Shown in pieces: positions 25,426-37,900 of a stretch of DNA of 64,000 bases; the first letter of the stretch is position 1, and every line of letters begins with the position of its first letter. Under the pieces are notes generated by a model. That model did not search any database. It was not told the DNA's origin and saw nothing but the letters and a program-made list of their open reading frames with translations. The position numbers were made by a program, and so were the translations under genes. The DNA comes from Ruditapes philippinarum (taxonomy: Eukaryota): assembly GCF_026571515.1 (NCBI RefSeq), contig NW_026865023.1, forward strand, positions 62,001-126,000. The letters are read 5' to 3'.

Positions 25426-27445
25426 ATACCCCCAAAAACAAAGTTTGGGGGGGTATATAGGAGTCACCCGGTGGTCGGTCGGTCGGTCGGTTGGTCGGTC
25501 GGGCGGTCGGTCGGTCGGTCGGTCGGTCGGTCCAGACGTCCGTTGCATTTTCCTTGTCCGGAGCATAACTTGAAAACTAATGGTTGGAATTCAATATAAC
25601 TACATACAATGGTCAAGCACATTGAGAGGAAGTGCAGTGCACAAGAACCATAACTCTATCTTGACTAATTACAGAGTTATTGCCCTTTGTTACTTTTCCT
25701 TGTCCGGGGCATAACTTGAAAACTACTGGTTGGAATTCAAAACAACTTCATACAATTGTCAAACACAATAAGGGGAAGTGCAGTGCACAAGAACCATAAC
25801 TCTATCTAAAGTAATTACAGAGTTATTGCCCTTTGTTGCTTTTCCATTGCTTTTTTTTTGTCCGTTGCATTTTCCTTGTCCGGAGCAAAACTTGAAGACT
25901 AATGGTTGGAATTCAATATAACTACATACAATGGTCAAGCACATTGAGAGGAAGTGCAGTGCGTAAGAAACATAACTCTATCTTGACTAATTACAGAGTT
26001 ATTGCCCTTTGTTACTTTTCCTTGTCCGTGGCATTACTTGAAAACTACTGGTTGGAATTCAAAACAACTTCATACAATTGTCAAACACAATAAGGGGAAG
26101 TGCAGTGCACAAGAACCATAACTCTATCTAAAGTAATTACAGAGTTATTGCCCTTTGTTGCTTTTCCATTGCCTTCTTTTTTTTGTCCGGACCATAACTT
26201 GAAGACTAATGGTTGGAATTCAATATAACTACATACAATGGTCAAGCACATTGAGAGGAAGTGCAGTGCATAAGAACCATAACTCTATCTAAAGTAATTA
26301 CAGAGTTATTGTCCTTTATTACTTTTCCATTGCTTTCTTTTGTCCGGACCATAACTTGAAGACTAATTGTTGCAATTCATTATAACTTCATACAATGGTC
26401 CAGCACATTGAGAGGAAGTGCAGTGCACAAGAACCATAACTCCATTTTGACTTATTACAGAGTTACTGCCCTTTGTTTCTTTTCCTTGTCCAGAGCATGA
26501 CTTTAAAACTACTGGTTGGAATTCAAAACAACTTCATACAATGGTCAAGCACAATAAGAGGAAGTGCAGTGCACAAGAACCATAACTCTACTTGACTAAT
26601 TACAGAGTTATTGCCCTTTGTCACTTTTCCATTGCTTTCTTTTGTCCGGACCATAACTTGAAGACTTATTGTTGGAATTCATTATAACTTCATACAATGG
26701 TCAAGCACATTGAGAGGAAGTGCAGTGCATAAGAACCATAACTCCATCTTGGCTAATTACAGAGTTACTGCCATTTGTTACTTTTCCTTGTCCAGAGCAT
26801 GACTTGAAAACTACTGGTTGGAATTCAAAACAACTTCATACAATGGTCAAGCACAATAAGGGGAAGTGCAGTGCACAAGAACCATAACTCCATCTTGACT
26901 AATTACAGAGTTATTGCCCTTTGTTACTTTTCCTTGTCCAGAGCATAACTTGAAAACTACTGTTTGGAATTCAGTACAACTTTATACAGTTGTCAAGGAC
27001 ATTAAAAGGAAGTGCAGTGCACAAGAGCCATAACTCCATTTTGACAAAATACAGAGTTACTGCCTTTGATACTTTTCCTTGTCCGGAGCATAACTTAAAA
27101 TGTACTGGTTGGAATTCAAAACAACTTCATACAATGGTCAAGCACAATAAGAGGAAGTGCAGTGCACAAGAACTATAACTCTATCTTCAGTATTTATAGA
27201 GTTATTGCCCTTTGTTCTTTTTCTTTGTCTTTCTGGACTTATTACAGAGTAATTCAATTAAACTTCATCAATGGCCAACCACATTGAAAGGAAATGCAAC
27301 ATACATGAACCACAATTATCTTTAATTGCCCACAACCATAACTCTATGTTTCAATTCTATTACAAGGTATTCTGTTACTAGTAACATCCTCATTTCCGAA
27401 GCAGACTTGTGGGGGTATTAATCACATTTAGTGATAGTTCTAGTT
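25426..27445 (+). mobile_element. HINE (non-autonomous Helentron) with a (GGTC)n microsatellite and a ~146-bp satellite array
   Basis: 5' ATACCCCC...GGGGGTAT stem, (GGTC)n at 25473-25531, and about 11-12 tandem units. 3' end GTGGGGGTATTAATCACATTTAGTGATAGTTCTAGTT. Inserted at TT; removal restores LINE codons TGT ACT TAT TTT AAT. Confidence 0.9.
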
Positions 27446-28094
27446 TTAATCATGAAAGACACAGGTATATCAGTAACTATTATTCAAGGTTTCCTAGTAT
27501 TTTAAATTTTCAGGCTCTTATGTGTAGCGACAACAGAAATACTTTATTTAATCTAGCCATTTTTGTCAAAGCTATAATGCTGAAATTTCAATAAGTCATC
27601 TTCCTTATTTACTTATTTACTTCATGCCATGTTTGTATTATTATTTTTTGTTTTGTTGATTGTTCACTCTTATGCCCTTAAGGGCCATGAGTTTTGTTTA
27701 TAAATAAAAAAAAAAAAAAAGTAAATTTAATAAAATTATTTGACTTCTTGAGGTTATTCTGAAATACATTCGGTGTTTTAGCATAGAATTTCACTTTCAT
27801 ACAGGTAAATACATTAAAATGGGTAAAGAAGGATACCGAAAATAAGCTATTTTTGCGAAAAAATTATATCGGGCATACGAAAATAAAAATAAATCCGGCC
27901 CCACATTATTTTGATTTGGTCAATGCGGCCCCAAATCGGTTAATCCGGGTTTAAAATGTTTCTGTTATCACATTCTAACAACATGCCAAGTTTAAAGAAA
28001 TTCTATTGAACAGTTTTAATTTTGCCTATATGTCTATATGAAAATTCCCGAAAACGTCTTTAAACAGTATTTAAGATACAAATATAATCTTTAT

Positions 28095-28797
28095 GGAAGT
28101 GGCTAGCAGTAAGAGCCCATACAGCTAGCCAAAAGTTCTAGCCGTATGTGAGTCACGTACGACTAGCCGGGACGCACTGTATTGTATAGCCATACGGCAC
28201 TTTTCAAAATTTTATGGAAGTCGAACATGCATATGTTATTTTGTGTCTTTAAACGAGGATAATATGAAATTAGGCAAAGCCTATGAACGGGGAAGTCAGT
28301 AAAAAGTCCTTTCATTTTTTCCGTTTTAATTGTGTCATTCGGTATTATATGTACCCGCTTCCGTTTTCACTCGGATCACTCGACGATTATTATTAATCCA
28401 AAAAGTTGAGATTTGTTTCGTTATCGGTATACACGGCCTTTTATCGTTGGGTTACATTTAAATGGCGGCGCCTAACTAGAACTGACACTGAAAATTTCAT
28501 TGATAGGTATGGAATTCTATATATTTTTTAATTGTTTTTTTATTTGATTTTCTTTTAAATATACACGTGTAGTCTATAGCTGGGCAAGCCAAAGCCCGGG
28601 CCCGCTTCACTTTGACTTCCCCGTATTAATCAAGTCTCCGTATTTTTCCTGGTGTGTACACTTTAATAAAGATGCTCCGCCATTTTGAAAAGTGCCGTAC
28701 GGCTAGCCAATACAGTGTGTCCTTGCTAGTCGTATGTGACTCACATACGGCTAGAACCTTTGGCTAGCTGTACAGGCCAGTACGGCTAGCCACTTCC
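28095..28797. mobile_element. Mutator-like (MULE) non-autonomous element
   Basis: ~115-bp imperfect TIRs starting GGAAGTGGCTAGC. 9-bp TSD AATCTTTAT (28086-28094) / AATCTTCAT (28798-28806). Confidence 0.8.
28350..28506 (+). promoter_or_regulatory. Candidate METTL2 core promoter and non-coding first exon (inside the MULE)
   Basis: CGCTTCCG (ETS-like) at ~28356, YY1-type AAATGGCGGC at ~28460 and donor AG|GTATGG at 28506/28507. The next acceptor, TTTTCAG, ends at 28848. Confidence 0.5.
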
Positions 28798-28926
28798 AAT
28801 CTTCATTACCCCCTGGATTAAACTTTCTTTTATTTTTTTGATTTTCAGATTGGTGCTGTTTGAAAAAAACAGTGTCTTGAAAATGTTTCAGTAGTCATCC
28901 AAAACAAGAGAAGAAAATCCAGTAAA

Positions 28927-31900
28927 ATGGCAGAATCAAATATAGAATCAGATGGAGATAAAAGGAAACAGTTTGGTAACAGATTGCTTACAGATTCCAA
29001 AAATGTATTTGAGCATAATGCATGGTAAGTGAAGCTTAACAATGACATTATTTGAAACCTGTTATTAAACATGTTATATAACATATATGTTTTCAGTAAT
29101 TTTGCCCATACCTCTGAAATTGTGAGTTTTTAGCTTGAAAACCTGTCAAATTGTGAAAAAATAAACAAGAATAAATCATCATCTGTATTTACTTTATTGA
29201 TACATTAAATCGAGTTGTTTATAGTTAAAGCTTTTTTCTTTCTATTCCCTTATCAACCAAATTCTCAAAATTGACTTTTGTCAATTCATTACTTTTTTCG
29301 GTACCGAAAAACAATCCCACTAAAGTGAATTTTCTTCATATTCTTGTGAAATTTTTATGTATTTGGCATTAGTGAAGAGACTGAAATTTGAAGGTAATAT
29401 CAGGCAAAAGAATAAAATCACTGATTTTACATTTTATAAGCAAGTTTTACATTTTTAGCTTGACTATTCAAAATATAGGGAGAGTTATTTCATGTATTTA
29501 CACCAGCATCTGCATCACACTTTGGTTAAGTTTTTTCATGCAAGGTTTGTATCTCAAAAAGTACCAAAGGCAATGGATTGAAATGTCACACACTTATTTG
29601 AGAGCATAAAAGGAGGTCATAACCTAAGACGGATATCTCTAACATGGATTTTGACAGAATTATGGGGGGGGGCCCAAGGCCTATGAGTGTTATACTGATA
29701 TATAGTGTTATATCGGAGAGCACTATATAGAGGCTCCAGTGTATTGGATGATCACATGATACAATTCTGGTGGCTGTGCAATGGTGCAATGACTGAATGT
29801 ACATGATTTGAAAATGATCGGTATATAGAATATTATGTTGTATTTCAAGCTATTTGAATGCTGCCCAAAAATGCCCGTAATTATGAATAAATTTAATGTG
29901 CATATTTAATGTGTACGCTTCACAAACAAACAAATATGTAAAAGAATTGACCTGTGTGAATGTTTTCAGGGATAATGTGGTGTGGGATGAAGAACAGGAA
30001 AAACAAGCTAGAGCAAAAACTGAAGAACAGTTAGCCAACCCAGCTACTAAAGAAGATATAGGTAAGTAGATTTCAATATGCAGTTCAGACTGAAGCCTTT
30101 TTGTAAAATAAAATTACAAACATTGAAAGCTTTCAGTATATTATGCTCATTATAAAGCACATAACAACATTTGAAAGTTGAAATTATCTTTGCATAATGT
30201 TCTTATTGATTTATTTAAGATAAATTGTAGGGTAACCAAAGACCCCAGTTTAATAGTCACAAATAGCCTTAAAATACTTGAAATAAAAGGAATTTTATAA
30301 TTATTTATGTCGTTTTACATACAATATTGAATTAATCATAGAAAAGTTATTAAGCTCGCCACAAGTTTGCTCTCTCTGTAACTCTTTCATATACCTGTTT
30401 GAAATAATTCTTTAAAAGATCTTTTATGTACACTTAAGTCTTTGTTAATTTTATATATAATTTTTACTTATGTTTGATTTTTATGTATATTTTAGAGAAA
30501 TTCGAAAATGATGCCAATGAATATTGGAACAAATTTTATGGAATACATGAGAACAAGTTCTTCAAAGACAGGCATTGGTTGTTCACAGAGTTTGCAGAAT
30601 TAGCACCGGAATCATATCTTTCTGCCGACAAATTGTCAGAACTTTCTCTCCTTAGTTCTAATAAGGAGATATGTAGAAAAATTGTTGATGTTCGGAAAAA
30701 AGATTGTGACACAAATAGTTCACATAGTGTATCTGACAATGATGGGAATCATGACAGTTCACAGACAAATTTGTCAGAATCTGACAACAGTAAAATGAAT
30801 AATCAGTGTGGAAGTTGTTCAGGGAATGTTGAGAGTGGGAGGGATGATATTGTAACAGAAAATGGGGCAGAAACATTTCCAGGAGAAAACGCTAAATACA
30901 GAATGTTGGAGGTTTGTTGAATTTACAAGAGTTTATTGTACAAATTGAAATTCAATGAAAAAAAACAACTTTATCATGTTTTAGTACTTTCTATTTCTGT
31001 TTGTATTAATTGAGTGTAATTAAGTGAAGATATTTGTTTTTCTTGTTCTACATTTGAATATTTCCATGCCTTACTATATTAAGTGTTGTCTTCAAGCTGT
31101 TGTGAAAATTAAAATGAAATCAAATTGTTTTAATCCTTTTAATTTCTTACCTCTTCAGGTTGGATGTGGGGTAGGAAACACTGTGTTCCCAATATTACAG
31201 GCTAATAAGTAAGTACCACTGGTTCTCAGGGCAGTTATTAAAAAACTGTGTCCAAAATCATATGTTAAATTTTATGATTTTTAGCTCGACTATTCGAAGA
31301 ATATGAGAGCTATTGTAGTCGCCCCGGCGTCGGCGTCCGCGTCGGCGTCTGCGTTGGTTAAAGTTTTTTGTAAAGTCAAATATCTCAATTATTACTTGAG
31401 ATAATCTATTGAAACTTACAATACTTATTTATAGTAACAAGGTACATCAGATTGACAAGTTGGATAACTCTGCCTACAATATTGACAGAATTATGCCCCT
31501 TTGGAACTTAGAAATTTTGGTTAAAGTTTTTTTTGTAAAGTCAAATATCTCAATTATTGCTCGAGATATTCAATTGAAATTTAAAACACTTTTTTATAGT
31601 AAGAATGTACATCAGTTTGCAAAATTGCATAACTCTGCCTGCAATATTTGCAGAATTATTTGCCCCTTTGAAACTTAGAAATTTTGGTTAAAGGTTAAAG
31701 ATCTTCAAAGATATTTACTTGAAACTCTACACATGCACTTAGGGTCATAATTGGAGGGTAATAATTGTATGTCACTGACCAAGTTCCATAACTCTACCTT
31801 GCATTAAGGCTGATTCATATCCCTTTTCTACTTAGTCTCTTGGTTAATGTTTACATGCAAGTTTTACATATCTCAATAACTATTAAAGATATTTATTTAA

Positions 31901-34900
31901 AACTTCACATATGCATTTAGGGTCATAATTGTAGGTCACTGACAAAGATCCATAATTCTATCTTGCATTTAGGCTGATTTTTCTCCCCTTTTTCAACTTA
32001 GAAATTCATGGTAAAGTTTTGCTTGTAAGCTGTTATCTCAATAACTTCTGAAGGGTTTGTGCCTTTTTTGGGACAATTTTATGCATTCATAATAATAAAG
32101 CAGTGATTTACTTGATAAAACATCTTAATAACAAGCCTTTGTACCATTTCTGTCAAATTTATGTATTCATAGGTAATTAGTATTATACTCAATAAAACAC
32201 CCTTGTGACATTACCTTCCGAATAGTCAAGCCAATACTGTATAATTAGACTCTCTCTAAGGCCTATAACATGAATTTATAAAAAAAAATTAGCCATTTTG
32301 TGAACTTAAAAAATTTAACATTATCAAGGCTCTTTTACTATCAAGCACTTAGAATAGTCGAGCGTGCTGTCCTACTGACAGCTCTTGTTTATTGTAATTT
32401 TCAGTCTCTAAAAATTCAAACATGTGCAGAATGATGTTCTCAACATTCTGACTTCAGTTAACCTAATTATTTATAAATAAATTGTCATACATTTACTTCC
32501 ATTACTGTCCTAAGATGATAATTTGGTCTTAACGGTACATGGGAAAGTCGAAAAACGGGGTTATCTGGATTATTATCCGATATCGTAAAGTAAACACTTA
32601 CATATACTATATAGCATTATTCTTACAGAATCGTTTGTGTATTACCATTATGGCTCTGTCGGTAGGTCGGAGTAATTGTAACTATTAGTGTTTTGTACTC
32701 ATAGGTTCGAACCCAACTTAGTGTCATTTTATAACCACAGTTTTTTCTTCTTACTCTGTTTTTTATCATTATTCTTTATTTATTTTTCGTTTTCCTTTTT
32801 GTTTTCTTCTTATAATATATATTTTATAGTATATATTTATTTTTTTTAAATTCCATTCTATTTTCTTTTTGTATTTTTTGATCGCAGTGTAATAAAATAT
32901 TCGATATCATATTCATGTATGTATATGAAAAAAACGGTCAAACTTGTTTTCTGAACAATTGGCTGTTCTGAGGTAAAAAAGAAGTGTCTTACCAGTAGTC
33001 GAACTTCTGCCTGTACGGGCAAAAACGCATTACCGACACGGTTGCTCTACCTACTGCGCTAACAAGTCATATGATTATGTAGTTTTATTTTAATTTTTAT
33101 AGGTTGTAGCATTGATCTGCCTCACCTATTTTTCGCATTGTTATTGGTCTTTGTTATGTAAACAAAGGCTCAAGTTATCATCCTAGGACAGTACATCTTT
33201 GACGTGACTGTAAAGCCTAGTAAACAACCCAAAAAATTCAACATTCTGAAATTCCATAATTTGAAAGGTACGAGTTGCTGCTAAAATGAATGAAAATGAG
33301 TGAAATATGATATTTGTAATGACACTTTATTTTGTTTATGTAATGTACCATTGCAAATCAATATTAAAATTTTTTTATCAGAACTATTTGTACTTCAGTG
33401 ACCCTGACCTGATGGTTTATTGTTGTGACTACTCCTCCACAGCCATTGATCTTGTGAAGGTAAATATCTAGTAATGATAGACATACTTTTAAGTTTTCAA
33501 CATAATACCAGGATAAATGACTGGGCTTTCCATGGGCCACCATGGCCACTGTGGGTTGGAATTTTGCCAGTAACTTTGGAATATTTCATGTGAGGAAGCG
33601 TTCTATCAGGCGATAGGTTGGTTGTCCCAATAAAGTGCCCGCATAAGGTAGAAGTAATGCAATCACGTGATGTTATCATCAAGCAGAAAAGCTTGACACT
33701 TGTTTTTCAGAGATTTTTTCTTTATTTAAATTTTTATTATTTTGTATTAATTGTTGAGTTCTGCTTAAGACACTACTAGGTTACGTGGACCATCCATGAA
33801 TAGGCTCAATCAAACCAAGCCTGCAACAGATTTTTTTTTTTATATTTTATTTTACTTATTTAGGCATTCCATTTTATGTCTCCATTTTATGGCATTTACA
33901 ATGTTGGTATGAAAATGGAAATTTGTTTCAATAATTATTATAATGTACCATAAGAAGTTGATATATGCAGAAAAATGTCCAATATGCCGTGTAGTGAATG
34001 ACATATTATACATACTTATTATGTATAAATTTTGACCTAAAAAGAAATTGAATGTTACTGAAGGAATTGTATATTTCCTGGCAAAAATGTCTTTTTTTGT
34101 AATCTTAGGAAAAGTAATTGGTATCATATGCTGATAAAAGCTTGTTTGAAAAGGAATTCAGGAGAAGACAAAATATAATGTACCCTCTAAATATGTCAGT
34201 TATTGTTTGTTGCATAGATTGTATAATATATTTTACAGGAGAACAAGGACTATGACAAGAGACGTTGTCATGCGTTTGTCTGTGATATATCTGACCCATC
34301 TGCTCCTGTACCTTTCCCTGAGGGCAGCCTTGACATTATCATCATGATCTTCATTCTCTCCGCCAACAATCCTGACAAGTATGTACACCTTTAATTTATT
34401 ATTATATAGTTGGTTAAAAACTGATTATGATAATGAATCAGATTTCACTATTCATGATTTAATTAGATTTAATATATTTACAGGCACATAACTTGATAAG
34501 GATAGCATAGTATACCTTTATATAAAGAAATAAATGATATATTTGGATAAAAACTTGATCCTCCATTCAGCAGCCACCTGTCTTAGCCAAAATGTCTGCA
34601 TCCCTTGCCTGGCTGCTTAAGACAGTTTTGACTGTACACAGAATGTAGTGAGAGTCTCTAGAAACAAAATGGGAGACCCGTCGGAAAAATGGCTTCTCCA
34701 GTTGGTCAACTTTATATACATGTATCATAAGCATTCCATTCTTCTTGTGGCTGAAGGATTGGCATCAGAATTGCAGCCACCATTTATCCCTGCATGATCA
34801 TTAAAGGTGATAAATGGATTCAGATTACAAAAGTTGAGCTACGACCAGTATTGAGTTTGGTCAGACTGTACAGATGTGCAGAATGGCTTGGATCTATCTT

Positions 34901-37900
34901 GTTGGCATAGACTAATCAAGTAAAGGGTTATAAACATTTGGATTGTTGCATCGGGACATGTAGATGTGTTGGTGTTGGAAGTTCACCCTCGGTATCACGG
35001 CTGTATTCACATTGAATTTACCAGTGCACAGCTCAGCCACTGCATTGTTCCTTGGCAGACCGACAAGCAGTTTACCACTACTAGTTGCCTTAACTTTTGC
35101 AAGAATTTTGCTTTAAAGTTTATATATTCATTCCATTGCAGCTTGCCAGTATTGAAGATTTTACTATATACATGTATATTGCAATGTCCTTAACCCAGGT
35201 GTTATGGTTATGTCTGCACATTTTAGTCAACACATTAAAATAACTGATATATAGATTTCAGGCAATAATTAACAGACTAGCAAGTTTTCTTCGACTAGGG
35301 GGCACCATCTTGTTCAGGGATTATGGTAGATATGATCTGGCACAACTCAGGTTTAAAAAAGGTAAAGTTTTTATTATGCCCCCCTTCGAAGAAGAGGGGG
35401 TATATTGTTTTGCTAATGTCGGTCTGTCTGTCTGTCTGTCGGTCCGTCCGTCGGTCTGTCGGTCTGTCCCTCGGTAGACCACATGGTTTCCGCTGATTAT
35501 CTTGAAAAGTATTTATCACAAAGTCTTCATATTTTACACAGTGATTGGTCATAGCTAGTAGATGACCCCTATTGATTTTGGGGTCACTAGGTCAAAGGTC
35601 AAGGTCACAGGGACCTTAAATGTCAAAATGGTTTCCGCTGATTATCTTAAAAAGTATGTATCACAAAGTCTTCATATTTCACACAGTGATTGGTCATAAC
35701 TAGTAGATGACCCCTATTGATTTAGGGGTCACTAGGTCAAAGGTCAAGGTCACAGGGACCTTAAATGTCAAAATGGTTTCCGCTGATTATCTTAAAAAGT
35801 ATGTATCACAAAGTCTTCATATTTCACACAGTGATTGGTCATCACTAGTAGATGACCCCTATTGATTTTGGGGTCACTAGGTCAAAGGTCAAGGTCACAG
35901 GGACCTTAAATGTCAAAATGGTTTCCGCTGATTATCTTGAAAAGTATGTTTCACAAAAGTCTTCATATTTCACACAGTGATTGGTCATAACTAGTAGATG
36001 ACCCCTATTGATTTTGGGGTCACTAGGTCAAAGGTCAAGGTCACAGGGGCTTTAAATGTCAAAATGGTTTCCGCTGATTATCTTGAAAAGTATTCATCAC
36101 AAAGTCTTCATATTTCACATAGTGATTAGTCATAACTAGTAGATGACCCCTATTGATTTTGGGGTCACTAGGTCAAAGGTCAAGGTCACAGGGACCTTAA
36201 ATGTCAAAATGGTTTCCGCTGATTATCTTGAAAAGTATGTATCACAAAGTTTTCATATTTCACATAGTGATTGGTCATCACTAGTAGATGACCCCTATTG
36301 ATTTTGGGGTCACTAGGTCAAAGGTCAAGGTCACAGGGACCTTAAAATGTGAAAATGGTTTCCGCTGATTATCTTGAAAAGTATTCATCACAAAGTCTTC
36401 ATATTTCACATAGTGATTGGTCATCACTAGTAGATGACCCCTATTGATTTTGGGGTCACTAGGTCAAAGGTCAAGGTCACAGGGGCCTTAAATGTCAAAA
36501 GGGTTTCCGCTGATTATCTTGAAAAGTATTCATCACAAAGTCTTCATATTTCACCTAGTTATTGGTCATAAGTATTAGATGACCTCTATTGATTTAGGGG
36601 TCATTAGGTCAAAGGTCAATGTCACATGGGCCTTAAATGTCAAAATGGTTTCCGTTGATTTTTCCATAATTGAACACTTCCATGTACCCATTTTTGGCAA
36701 GTTTCTTTAATAAAATTACCAATTATGTGAGTCAATGGCTAGAAAGGGGGGTATATGTGTCGTTCGACATTCTTGTTTATTTTAAGTTTTTGTTTTATTG
36801 TTTTAGCTAAAGCCCTTTTCAGAATATTTTCATAAATATGTTTCTACATATTTTTGTAACCGCCTCTGTGGTCGAGGGGTTAGAGTCAATGACTTCTAAT
36901 CCAGTTACCTCTTTGGCGTGGGTTCGATCGCCAGGAGATGCTTTTGTAGTTTAGCACGGAGGAAGGTAGTCTAGTACTGGTGTAACTCTCTAGGAACATT
37001 GGTTAGGAAATTACCCGCCTATATGACTGAAATACTGTTGGCAAAAGGCGTAAAATAAAACAAACAAACAAACTTACATATTTTTGTTCTTTCTTGAACA
37101 TTTTGCATGGATGTCAAAATAAAGAGTTGAAATAAAAATATTTCTTTCAATTATATTCAATAACATAGATAATTAATCATTTTCTGTTTTGAAATTTTGT
37201 GATTTGTTAAAAGGTAGAACATCAATTTAGTATAACAATAATTACTCTTTTATTGTTAAAAGTTCAAGAGTTTAAACTTGCTATGATTAAAATTAGAGTC
37301 AAATGTTCTTTTATGTCCAATCTTATATGGTACATTTTTTATTTAAAATCTCAGTGAAATGAAGATGAAAACAAAATGTTCCATGTGGTGGGATATGTTA
37401 TGTGTTGGTGCAAAATAAAACTCGACGAAAAAGAAAAGAAAAGAAAAAAAGAAGAAAAAAATCATCTATATCACTATCTCCAGTTTCAGAATAAATGTGA
37501 TTTGCTAAACTTCTACATTATTATTATCATCATTGTTCAGTACTACATGTATGCTTAATATTGTATATTATAGGTAGATGTTTAGCGGACAATTTTTATG
37601 CGAGGGGCGATGGTACACGGGTGTATTTCTTTACTCAAGGTAATATATGAACTGGACCAGTTTCTTTCTTGTATTACAATCACCAGATTCATAAGATTGG
37701 TTGAAATAAATATTATCATGAAGTGAAAAGGTTATTATTGCCACGTTGGCAGGGTTTGTTATGGTTGTTATTGAACCTGTTGTTGCTTATACAAAGACTA
37801 AGATTAGTAGGATTACTCATAGACTTCTTGGCTTACTTTGCTGGGCCTTTTCCAGCTATTTTGGAAAAATTTGCCCCTTGTATAAATTGGGAAAAAATTC

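Larger units (their letters stand above)
20002..27720 (+). mobile_element. 5'-truncated non-LTR retrotransposon (LINE), split by two insertions
   Basis: RT fragments EEQAGFRNGYGT (to 20099) and TDHIF...FIDYKKAFD...YADD...YLG (23990-24936), then a CCHC tail CSLC...DEFHYIFKC (to 25425) and FNHER...KFQ* (27446-27594). 3' hairpin at ~27667-27691 and poly(A) ending at 27720. Candidate TSD GTAAATT at 19995-20001 and 27721-27727. Confidence 0.9.

Noticed and set aside
25549-27230. Regular repeats here and at 35485-36650 as a CRISPR array
   Set aside because: Contiguous ~145-bp satellite units with no unique spacers, in eukaryotic DNA with no cas genes.
36858-36935. tRNA-Arg(TCT) gene
   Set aside because: The tRNA-like head continues into a shared body, a (CAAA)n tail and a TSD, so it is a SINE.
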